DNA of 64,000 nucleotides, taken from positions 672,001-736,000 of the forward strand of contig OY769902.1 in NCBI GenBank assembly GCA_963669175.1. The letters are read 5' to 3'. Position numbers and translations under genes: made by a program. The stretch comes from a bacterium. GTDB lineage: Bacteria > Electryoneota > Electryoneia > Electryoneales > Electryoneaceae. Of the stretch, positions 47,394 to 55,812 are shown in pieces (position 1 is the first letter of the stretch; each line of letters begins with the position of its first letter). The notes beneath the pieces are model-generated. The model saw only the letters and a list, made by a program, of their open reading frames with translations. It did no database searches and was not told where the DNA came from.

Positions 47394-48805
47394 CGTGTAT
47401 CCTCCGCCAGTTTTGTCAGCGCGGCCCGTAGCAGGGACAGGATTTCAGCGTCATCTTCCCGCCACAGAGTACGCAGATCCAGCTTGAACACATTGTCGCG
47501 TACATACCCGATCATGGCTGTCTTGCCTGATCGCAGCAAATCCTGGAGACGTTTCAATCTGCCGCCTGGACCGGAGAATACCAGGGCCCGACTTTGCAGA
47601 CGTTCGGTGGGAAGCGATCCGCCTCCGGCGAAACTATCCGATTCATCCACACCCAGGAACAGACCGGCCGCTTTCACATCTCCAACAAGGTTGGCGGCAA
47701 GCTCAAGCGCACGTTGTTCAAGCTGCGGTACTTTCAACGACAACATCTGCCAGAGCGGGATCTCTTTGGTCAGGCGAACCGGGGCGAGATAGCTGCGCAG
47801 GGTGGCATCCAGCGCAGCAAAAGTAAGCTTGTCAGGACGCACCACGCGCATCATCGGGTGCTTGCGCATACGTCCGATAAATTCAGCTTTCCCCACCGCC
47901 AGACCGGCCTGCGGACCACCCAGGAGCTTGTCGCCGCTGAAGGTTACGACTGACGCTTCAGCCTGCACACTTTCCGACACCAACGGTTCACTCTTCAAAT
48001 CGCAATACTTGCCCGGATCGACCAACGCACCGCTGCCCAGATCATCCACAACCGGGAGACCTGCCTCATTACCAAGCTCTACAAGCTCTTCCAGGGCCAC
48101 ATCTTCGGTGAAGCCAACCACACGGAAATTGGAGGTATGTACCCGAAGAAGAATACCTGTCCGATTCGACAATGCTGCACGATAATCTGCGATACGTGTC
48201 CGGTTGGTGGTGCCTACTTCATGCAAACGTGCCCCACCCGCTTTGCAGATATCCGGAATACGGAACGAACCGCCTATTTCCACCAGTTGCCCACGTGATA
48301 CAATCACGTCTTTGCGGGATGCCAGTGTAGTCAGCGCCAGCATCAACGCCGCAGCGTTATTGTTCGTCACCAGGGCGTCTTCGGCCCCGGTAAGACTGAT
48401 CAGGAGATGACGCACCAAGTCGTGACGGCTGCCACGTTTGCCCTTGTCCAGATCGTATTCGAGGGTGGAGTAGCCACGCGCTGCCTGCACCATCGCCTCA
48501 ATAGCTTTTTCGCCAAGCGGACTGCGTCCCAGGTTGGTATGCACCACGATCCCGGTACCGTTCAGCACACGTTTTAGCCGTGAAGCATACTGCTTTGACA
48601 GGCGTTGCACCGCACGTTCGGCCAGTTCCGCACTGTCCGGGGCAGGTTGGTTTTTTTCACGGATGGCAGTACGGGCCAGATCTACTTCAGCACGCACCGC
48701 ATTTACTGCGGCCTCGCTTCCTGTCCATGTTTCCAGCGCCTTTTCGGCCAGAATTTTATCTACTGCGGGCAGGGTTTTCAACTGGTTCTGTTGTTCACGG
48801 TTCAT
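47390..48805 (-). CDS. selA: L-seryl-tRNA(Sec) selenium transferase
   Basis: NGTGIVVHTNLGR, NNNAAA, VEIGGSFRIP, EVGTTNRT and PLP-lysine motif FSGDKLLGGPQ. Start at MNREQ. Confidence 0.96.
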   Translation of the reverse strand: MNREQQNQLKTLPAVDKILAEKALETWTGSEAAVNAVRAEVDLARTAIREKNQPAPDSAELAERAVQRLSKQYASRLKRVLNGTGIVVHTNLGRSPLGEKAIEAMVQAARGYSTLEYDLDKGKRGSRHDLVRHLLISLTGAEDALVTNNNAAALMLALTTLASRKDVIVSRGQLVEIGGSFRIPDICKAGGARLHEVGTTNRTRIADYRAALSNRTGILLRVHTSNFRVVGFTEDVALEELVELGNEAGLPVVDDLGSGALVDPGKYCDLKSEPLVSESVQAEASVVTFSGDKLLGGPQAGLAVGKAEFIGRMRKHPMMRVVRPDKLTFAALDATLRSYLAPVRLTKEIPLWQMLSLKVPQLEQRALELAANLVGDVKAAGLFLGVDESDSFAGGGSLPTERLQSRALVFSGPGGRLKRLQDLLRSGKTAMIGYVRDNVFKLDLRTLWREDDAEILSLLRAALTKLAEDTR

Positions 48806-48970
48806 CAGTGCGCCTGTGTGTATTCCTTTTGCTGCAATATACACAGTCATGCGCATCATCCACACAACGAAAGTGACATGACAAAGGAAAATCTGACGAT
48901 ATAAAGGGCATACATGTCCGGATTCTGAGGAATGTAGGATTGGCGAAAGGTTTATATTTCTGACAGTAGA

Positions 48971-49241
48971 CTAGTGGACCATTGCACCTGCTATGATGTT
49001 TTCTGAGCTGCGCGCTTTGCCTCAGGACAAGGTGCTTGACCACAGACATAGCGGGCTATTTCAAAGGGAAAGCAACGCAGTCATGGGGCAAAGCGCGCAC
49101 TCCCTTCGGGCTTGTTTTTGATGGCCGATTTCTGCGTTAGTTTCACTTAGAATAGAACCACTGTGATTTCGTGAAACTGCCTTGAACTCGACTCATTAAA
49201 AACAAGCAGAACAACTCATATCAGGTGCAATGGTCCACTGG
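48971..49241. mobile_element. CTAG-ended MITE-like structured element, copy 1 (271 bp)
   Basis: TIRs CTAGTGGACCATTGCACCTG / CAGGTGCAATGGTCCACTGG; left ~145 bp near-identical to 52314-52457. Confidence 0.85.
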
Positions 49242-49276
49242 CATCTGGTTTTATTTCATGTGTAGTTTATATAAAC

Positions 49277-50110
49277 ATGATTACCCGGTTCATCAACGGA
49301 GCCAGTATGTATTCACAGCAGAACCAGCTCGTGCAGTATCATCCATTAACCCGTTGTCTCCTGGCATTTATACTGCTAATCCCTCTATTCACAGTTACGT
49401 CCTGCACCAACAAAGTCACCTCGTATACCACGCTGTGCGCCAACACGTTTGAAACGGGTGAAACAATAGATGAAAAACGTGTTTCGGCACGTGTCGGTAC
49501 AACCCTGGGACAGGTTTTCCAGGCGTCATTAACGTATTTTGACAGCACGGAATATGGAGGCACAGAGTATGTTGAAACAGACACCGATTATCATGACAGG
49601 ATTGTATTATTGACAAGTGGGCTACGTATCTGCCCCATCAACCATCTGGAATTCGGAATCGATGGTTTCTCACCTGTCTTTCCCCTGGCTGCGCTTAGTA
49701 ATTACCACGGACTGGTTAAAATTCGCCTGACTCCAACCGGAAGTCCTTTTGCGTTATCAATGCTGGGGGCGGCTGGTTTTTGTGACGGAACCAATAGCGA
49801 GGAAGAATGGAACGATCACAGGATCAGCATATCCAGTGATCTGAATTTCTTTGAATTTCGGATCCCCATGAGTTATCGATACCCGAATGATCGTGTGGTT
49901 TTCTTTGGTCCATATATGATGCAGGGACATTTTGACGTAGAATCCAAAGCGGAATCAAGTGAATTCTTACATGACCAGGCAGTGTCCCATTACCTGATCG
50001 TTCCGGGTTTTTCACTTGGCGTGCAGACAGAGAGGGTGGCCCATGAAATCACAGCCGTGCTAGTCAAAGAAAGAGTGGCTGTTCAATATGGATTTGTGCT
50101 GAAATTCTGA
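49277..50110 (+). CDS. Hypothetical lipoprotein / outer-membrane beta-rich protein
   Basis: Hydrophobic stretch ending VTSC; amphipathic beta strands; C-terminal YGFVLKF resembles a beta-barrel signal. The true start may be further downstream. Confidence 0.55.
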   Translation: MITRFINGASMYSQQNQLVQYHPLTRCLLAFILLIPLFTVTSCTNKVTSYTTLCANTFETGETIDEKRVSARVGTTLGQVFQASLTYFDSTEYGGTEYVETDTDYHDRIVLLTSGLRICPINHLEFGIDGFSPVFPLAALSNYHGLVKIRLTPTGSPFALSMLGAAGFCDGTNSEEEWNDHRISISSDLNFFEFRIPMSYRYPNDRVVFFGPYMMQGHFDVESKAESSEFLHDQAVSHYLIVPGFSLGVQTERVAHEITAVLVKERVAVQYGFVLKF

Positions 50111-50122
50111 TTTCTTTACCAC

Positions 50123-50521
50123 CTACCTCAAATCAATCGGTTCGCAGACATGAAACGTGCCAGGAATCGCCTTGCCGGGGTGGACCGCAGGGGGCTGGTG
50201 GGCAAACGAGACCACTTCCGTATTTCTTACCTGAGATGACAGGTACCACCCTGTAACAAAACCAACCAGGATCAGCGCCACAGCACGAACCAGCACGGCC
50301 CAGGCATTGGTTCTCCTTTGAACCGGGAACGACAAGGGTGGCGACGGAATCGTTACCTCAACCTGTTCAATTGCTGCGATATCCCCTCGTACGATTTCCA
50401 ACCGGGTCCGGCACTGTTCGCACCCGGCAAGGTGGGCTGCCACCGCTTCACGGTCATCATCGTCAAGCAAGTCAAGCGCATACTGCATCAGTGAATCATC
50501 ACTCAGGTGTATTGTCGCCAT
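50123..50521 (-). CDS. Zinc-finger (zf-HC2) membrane anti-sigma factor
   Basis: HLAGCEQC (HxxxCxxC) followed by one TM helix; overlaps the ECF sigma gene. Confidence 0.85.
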   Translation of the reverse strand: MATIHLSDDSLMQYALDLLDDDDREAVAAHLAGCEQCRTRLEIVRGDIAAIEQVEVTIPSPPLSFPVQRRTNAWAVLVRAVALILVGFVTGWYLSSQVRNTEVVSFAHQPPAVHPGKAIPGTFHVCEPIDLR

Positions 50522-51053
50522 ACCCGGCCTCCAGCATCGATGTTCGTACTTTCTGCACTGCGTGAAACAGACGTGATTTTACAGTTCCCAGGGGAATCAT
50601 CAACTCTTCCGCGATATCTTCGTAGCTCATGTCGCCATAAAACCGCATCACCATGATGTCGCGGTGAATAGTGTCCAATGACTGAATCGTCTTGACAATC
50701 GCCCGGTCACGTTCATCGGCAACAACACGACTCAACGGGTTGTCTTCTGTTGACAAAAGTTCCGTTTCATCCAGGGAAACTGTATTCTTCTTTCTCTGGA
50801 TTTCTTTCAATGCGGCGTTGCGTGTGATAACCGTCAGGTATCCACTCAAGCTGCCATTGTGGTGCCTGGGGTGTTTCTGAGCCAACTCCATGAACGCCAC
50901 CTGCACCGCATCGCGCGCCGCTTCCACAGAACCTGTCAGGAACCAGGCCATGCGCAGCAATCGATCCCGGTGACGTTGCGAAAGCTGTTCCCAGGCAAGG
51001 TGGTTGCCACGTATTGCCTGCTTGTACAAATCCCAATCGGGAATGTCGATCAT
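50499..51053 (-). CDS. ECF RNA polymerase sigma factor
   Basis: Region 2 (ARDAVQVAF) and region 4 (MSYEDIAEELMIPLGTVKSRLFHA). Confidence 0.93.
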   Translation of the reverse strand: MIDIPDWDLYKQAIRGNHLAWEQLSQRHRDRLLRMAWFLTGSVEAARDAVQVAFMELAQKHPRHHNGSLSGYLTVITRNAALKEIQRKKNTVSLDETELLSTEDNPLSRVVADERDRAIVKTIQSLDTIHRDIMVMRFYGDMSYEDIAEELMIPLGTVKSRLFHAVQKVRTSMLEAGYGDNTPE

Positions 51054-52279
51054 TCGGAATATCCCTGTTCACGACACCATATACGAATGTCGGGAACCTG
51101 ATCATACCTGGACCACTGCTGTCCGAATTTATCTTGCATTTCCGGTGACTGCAGGGGCAGGCAATATGACAGATACCACTGGAACAGGGGACCTGCCTTG
51201 TCCGGCGCACTGGTTTTGATTTCCTCCATGGTACGCAACAAGGCAGCAGAGTAATTCATGCCCATCCACTCCGCCTGGAATTGATCCGCATAACGTACTT
51301 TCCAGCTATCCAGGCCACCCGTACGGAATTCACTCAGCCACGTAGCGGAAGTCTTTCGCACAAGGTTTTTCCGGCCATCAACCGGGGCCACCGCGTGAGC
51401 AAGACCAACCGTAAAACCATCCGCAGCCAGTTTCTCCAGGGGCTCGTTCATATATAATGTCAGCGCGAAGTAGAGAGGCTGCTGGTTCTTCTTCGCTGAT
51501 GGAAGCAACTTTTCGATCAGCATGGTATCGTACGGTCCCTTGCCTTTTCGCATTTCAGCCAATTCATCTGCCGTGATAAAGCGAGGTATACGTCCCTGGT
51601 CGATCAACTGCAGGGCATACCAGTCCGTATTCAACAGGGATCGGTTTACAACGGTTACATCGGGGCGAATATTCAGTATCCGCTGAAGAATCCAGACAGG
51701 ATAGGTGTCGTTGTCGCCATTGGTAACCAGAATGGCGTTCTTTTCAAGCGAAAGCAGGACATTGTAGTTGTAGTCCATGACCACATCCTGCACCACTCCG
51801 CTTTCCAGCAAACGACGCAGAGCAACATCCACCTGCTGCCATTCTCCGGCGCACATGTAGACCGTAACCAGGCTGAACCAGGGGTCCGAATAACCGGGAT
51901 CAAGCTCAACCGCTTTTTCCAGGTATCGTCTCGTCTCCGGTGATTCACTCTTACCGTATCCGGTCATGGATTTCAGGTACAGCATGGTCGGGTTGGCCGG
52001 GTACTTATTTACTCCCGCATCAAGGAGGGGTTCGTAGTTGTCCCAACCAGCATAACGTGCGGCGTACATCCAGTTGGCATAGGCAAATTCGGAAGGAAAC
52101 TGGTCGTTATACGCCTTCCATTGAAGAGCAAGCTGGTTGTAGGTTTCCGTATCGTACACCTTGATTCGTTTGCTGACAACCTGTTCCGGGCGAATAATAT
52201 CCTTCGCCTGCAATGCGCACCCGGTCAACTGGGTAACCACAAACAGGATTGCAAATACGAAAACGATAGAACGACGCAT
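51050..52279 (-). CDS. TPR lipoprotein with DUF2723/TMEM260-like extracytoplasmic motif
   Basis: RBS AGGAG; lipobox LTGC; TPR-like YLEKAVELDPGY; NAILVTNGDNDTYPVW..RPDVTVVNRSLLNTDWY. ATGA overlap with the sigma gene. Confidence 0.7.
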   Translation of the reverse strand: MRRSIVFVFAILFVVTQLTGCALQAKDIIRPEQVVSKRIKVYDTETYNQLALQWKAYNDQFPSEFAYANWMYAARYAGWDNYEPLLDAGVNKYPANPTMLYLKSMTGYGKSESPETRRYLEKAVELDPGYSDPWFSLVTVYMCAGEWQQVDVALRRLLESGVVQDVVMDYNYNVLLSLEKNAILVTNGDNDTYPVWILQRILNIRPDVTVVNRSLLNTDWYALQLIDQGRIPRFITADELAEMRKGKGPYDTMLIEKLLPSAKKNQQPLYFALTLYMNEPLEKLAADGFTVGLAHAVAPVDGRKNLVRKTSATWLSEFRTGGLDSWKVRYADQFQAEWMGMNYSAALLRTMEEIKTSAPDKAGPLFQWYLSYCLPLQSPEMQDKFGQQWSRYDQVPDIRIWCREQGYSE

Positions 52280-52313
52280 GACTTTTCTCCTTTGACAGAA
52301 TTCTAACCCCTCA

Positions 52314-52601
52314 CTAGTGGACCATTGCACCTGCTATGATGTTTTTTGAGCTGCGAGCTTTACCTCAGGACAAGGCGCTTGACCACAGACATAGCGGGCT
52401 ATTTCAGGGGAAAGCAACGCAGTCATGGGGCAAAGCGCGCGCTCCCTTCGGGCTTGTCACGAGGCGGCTGTCTGCTGCATTGATTTCATATACAGTAATA
52501 CGCCTCGGCGCACAAGCCCGCTACACCTGCATGAAAACGCCTTGCACCCAACTCGCCCGTGACAAGCAGAACTCCTCGATTCATGTGATCCGGTCCACTA
52601 G
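52314..52601. mobile_element. CTAG-ended MITE-like structured element, copy 2 (288 bp, different right half)
   Basis: CTAGTGGACC...GGTCCACTAG ends; left half shared with copy 1. Confidence 0.85.
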
Positions 52602-52831
52602 AACAGTCCTTTTGTTATAAAAAGGTTCACTATGACTCGGAGAGGCTATCGCAATTCGGACCAGGTGGTTTCCCCGCGTTTTGGCAGACTTCTATTCGGA
52701 AGAATTTTTCAACTTTCAAACTTTACAACTTTCCAAACTTCATAACTCCCTACTTGAAATGAATTTTATTTTTGATTTCCCTGTCTGGGTATGTCCACCT
52801 ATATTCGCCATGAACCAGCGAGAGGCAGACA

Positions 52832-54091
52832 ATGGATAAATGGGGTGTTTTTTCCGAGGTCGGACGGCTTCACACGGTTATGGTGCATCAACCGGGATGG
52901 GAACATAACCGGATGCTGCCCTGGAACCGTGAAGCCATGTTGTTCGACGACATCCTCGATATTGATGTTGCGCGTGAAGAGCACAAGAATTTTGTCAGCA
53001 TCCTGAAAACCCAGGGTATTGAGGTCTTACACTTCGCGGACCTGCTGAAGGATGTCTGCGCGGATCCGAAACGCCACGAAGAGGTTGTGCTGGATGTGAT
53101 CGGGGAGGAAGCGCTCGGTGGCCTTGACCCGGCTAAAATTCAACCAACACACCTTCTGATCGGGTATCCGGCCTCCTACCGGTTTGATACGCCTACGATG
53201 CTGGAACCGTTGTTGAACCTGTATTTCATGCGTGATCCGGCCATCCTGATCGATGAATGTATGGTGATCTCGCACCCACGTTTTTCCATACGTCAACGTG
53301 AAGCCAAACTGACTCGCGCGGTCTTCAAGCGTCATCCACGGTTTGAAGGGTTGCGTATTTACGATGGCATCCTCAATGATCCCGACGCCACCCTGGAAGG
53401 TGGCGATGTACTGGTTGCCGATGAAAAAACGGTGCTGGTAGGCATGAGCGAGCGTTCCAATGATGCCGGAGCGGAACATCTCGCCAAACACCTGTTTGAA
53501 CATACAGGGATTGAACGTCTGATCAAGATTTACATCCCGCATCGACATGATTTCATGCACCTGGATACCCTGTTGACCTTTGTGGATCGTCAGCAGATCA
53601 TCACCCTGCCGCATTTCTGGGATCGTCCCGACCTATATGCCGAAGTCGCCCACAATGTCCGTCGCCAGTGCCTTCGCCTTGGATTCGAGTATACCGGGCC
53701 GGACCCGGAATCATTGGCTCGTGGATGTTACATGGAAGCGATTTTCAAGAACGGAAAACGTGAAACCTATACCAACGTGCTGGCTGGACTGGCCAACCTG
53801 GATGTAATCGTTCCTGAAATCACCATCCCTGTAGGTGGTATGGCATTACGATACGCCACCCCGGAAGAACAGGTGCAGGCGGCATTGCGTGAACAGTGGA
53901 ACGATGCCGCCAATACCTTCGCCCTCAAACCCGGCACGATTGTCAGTTACAGCCGTAACGAGGTTACCCGGAAAGCGCTGGAATCGGCGATGGTAGAAGT
54001 GATTCCGTTTATCGGCGGAGAACTGGTACGTGGGCGCGGCGGGGCTCGCTGTATGACCATGCCGCTGAAGCGCGAAGGGGTAAAGGTCTGA
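52832..54091 (+). CDS. arcA: Arginine deiminase
   Basis: SEVGRL, LFDD, NLYFMRDP, LEGGD, MHLDT, EQWND and GRGGARCMTMPL (catalytic Cys). Confidence 0.93.
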   Translation: MDKWGVFSEVGRLHTVMVHQPGWEHNRMLPWNREAMLFDDILDIDVAREEHKNFVSILKTQGIEVLHFADLLKDVCADPKRHEEVVLDVIGEEALGGLDPAKIQPTHLLIGYPASYRFDTPTMLEPLLNLYFMRDPAILIDECMVISHPRFSIRQREAKLTRAVFKRHPRFEGLRIYDGILNDPDATLEGGDVLVADEKTVLVGMSERSNDAGAEHLAKHLFEHTGIERLIKIYIPHRHDFMHLDTLLTFVDRQQIITLPHFWDRPDLYAEVAHNVRRQCLRLGFEYTGPDPESLARGCYMEAIFKNGKRETYTNVLAGLANLDVIVPEITIPVGGMALRYATPEEQVQAALREQWNDAANTFALKPGTIVSYSRNEVTRKALESAMVEVIPFIGGELVRGRGGARCMTMPLKREGVKV

Positions 54092-54149
54092 AGCGCTTGT
54101 TCAGGCAAAAATATAACATTGCAACATATTGAAATTGCGGCATTTGTTT

Positions 54150-54307
54150 GTGTGGTCCGGTGTGCTTACACCCGGGTAGTTCACTTCGCGGGAATGTCGT
54201 CTATGTGTTCCATCCCAACTCACATTCAAGAATGATTATAGAATAACGAAGTACTTTGCTCCGGTAAGAAACACAACAGCCCGGGTGCAAGCACACCGGG
54301 CCACACG
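54150..54307. repeat. Inverted pair of GTGG-type REP units (REPIN-like)
   Basis: GTGTGGTCCGGTGTGCTTACACCCGGG (54150) and inverted CCCGGGTGCAAGCACACCGGGCCACAC (54280). Confidence 0.75.
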
Positions 54308-54370
54308 ACCTCGGGATAAAGCGCCATTACAAAGTGGTGTAATCCGGTTTATCGTAGAAAAACAAGAATG

Positions 54371-54408
54371 AAAACCGGGACAGACCACAAAGGGCCAGTC
54401 CCGGTTTT
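54371..54408. terminator. Bidirectional terminator-like hairpin between convergent genes
   Basis: AAAACCGGGAC..GTCCCGGTTTT. Confidence 0.55.
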
Positions 54409-54434
54409 ACATCAGCAATAAAATCGCTTAGAAT

Positions 54435-55607
54435 CTAGTTTTCCAGCAACCGCCAGTCCGGTATAAAGGGATGGTCGCTATCCAGGTTATCCACCAGGAT
54501 GTTTTCCTCGCCGGTTATCACATTGACGGTCATAACGGCCAAAAGGCCATCTTCCTCTTCCACGGTCAATGCAACAAGCCTCTCGTCCAGCATGGTGACT
54601 GGCGCCCAGGCCGGCGCTGCGAGATGCAGCATGGTCGGGTCCGGCAGCACGATGGGAAGCGAAACCGGAACCTCCATCGGCGCTTCATCTTCATCCATGA
54701 TCACAACCAGCTTGGGTGTCCCACCATAAACATTTACAAACAGGGCAATCTCGCCTTTCGTTGACCAGCTCAAAGTAGCTGCACCGGTACCGATGGCGGA
54801 GAAATCATAGGTTTCTCGAAGATTGAAACCATCAGAGCTGAACGAGAGCAGGTGAATCGTTGTGGCGTTTTCTTCGCCGTCCGCACCATCAATATATGCC
54901 AACCTGTTTCCGGTGCCATCATCATACTTCACTTTCGGTGATATGGCCTGCGTGGTATAGGTTGCAGCTATCTCCTGGTCAAAGACGTCCCACATTTCAA
55001 TCTTGGATTGAGTCGCATCTTCCGTGTTGATGAGGCTGAATAAAACAAACTGGCTGGAAACATTGTCATATTGAACGGAGGGGTCTATTTCCCAAGGTTC
55101 CTCTACGTTTCGAATCGTAAGGGAATAGTCATAATCTACATCTGTGCCACTTTTCTGGTAGATGTTCAACTCCTGTCCGGCGCCGTCATATCGTACCGCA
55201 ATAATGCGTGAAGCTGCCGGCGACCAGGCATATGCTCCCAGGTACACCATGTCCGCTACAATGCTGTTGCTGCCATCCTGATCATAAACACGCAAGCTGG
55301 AATAATCCTCGTTGGGTTGTACCAGAATACGTGCTCTTTCCGAAGTGGATGTTGGCGCCCACGATGCTTTATACTGGTAGTCGCCGTCAGTTGTGCGCCA
55401 GTAATACGCTTCTGTCGAGTCACCGGGATCAATAGTGCCTACCAGGCCACCTTCATCCATGAAAAGAATGGTTTTAAGTGGGGGACCATAGGTTCGTTCC
55501 GGGGTGGGATAATGGTTCTCATTATCCGGACAACCGCCGAAGATGATTAACACCCCCACCATGAGCAGCGCTAAAAAGAGCCGCCCGTAACCGTGCTTTG
55601 TCAGCAT
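54435..55607 (-). CDS. Hypothetical lipoprotein, probable beta-propeller (TolB-like)
   Basis: RBS GGAGG; lipobox FGGC; repeated SWAP/AWSP/SWST/AWAP/PDW motifs. Confidence 0.6.
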   Translation of the reverse strand: MLTKHGYGRLFLALLMVGVLIIFGGCPDNENHYPTPERTYGPPLKTILFMDEGGLVGTIDPGDSTEAYYWRTTDGDYQYKASWAPTSTSERARILVQPNEDYSSLRVYDQDGSNSIVADMVYLGAYAWSPAASRIIAVRYDGAGQELNIYQKSGTDVDYDYSLTIRNVEEPWEIDPSVQYDNVSSQFVLFSLINTEDATQSKIEMWDVFDQEIAATYTTQAISPKVKYDDGTGNRLAYIDGADGEENATTIHLLSFSSDGFNLRETYDFSAIGTGAATLSWSTKGEIALFVNVYGGTPKLVVIMDEDEAPMEVPVSLPIVLPDPTMLHLAAPAWAPVTMLDERLVALTVEEEDGLLAVMTVNVITGEENILVDNLDSDHPFIPDWRLLEN

Positions 55608-55756
55608 ACTGCCTCCTGAAAACTTTGTATCGTAACCGGGAACCCTTGCCCGGTATGTTATCGAGGTGACATTCTGCAAGCAATATAATGCTGTGAATAC
55701 CTGTTTTCGAAACGATAACGCCTACTTTTTTGATACAATTACAATTAAACAACCCT

Positions 55757-55786
55757 AAAAAAAACGGATACCCAACAGGATATCCG
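55757..55786 (-). terminator. Intrinsic terminator of the yebC operon
   Basis: Minus strand CGGATATCC-TGTT-GGGTATCCG followed by T8. Confidence 0.7.
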
Positions 55787-55812
55787 CCTGAAAAAACGAT
55801 AAAAATGTCTGT

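Noticed and set aside
47390-48805. UGA-recoded selenoprotein genes near selA
   Set aside because: No gene in the window appears split at an in-frame TGA aligned to a catalytic Cys; a SECIS search would be needed to exclude this fully.
52280-52330. N-terminal extension of the TPR lipoprotein ORF, and the 94-aa ORF at 52336-52620
   Set aside because: Both run into or derive from the MITE; the RBS and signal peptide support the start at 52279.
52756-52775. ARG-box-like sequence upstream of arcA
   Set aside because: Only one half-site (AATGAAT) in an AT-rich tract; too weak to call.
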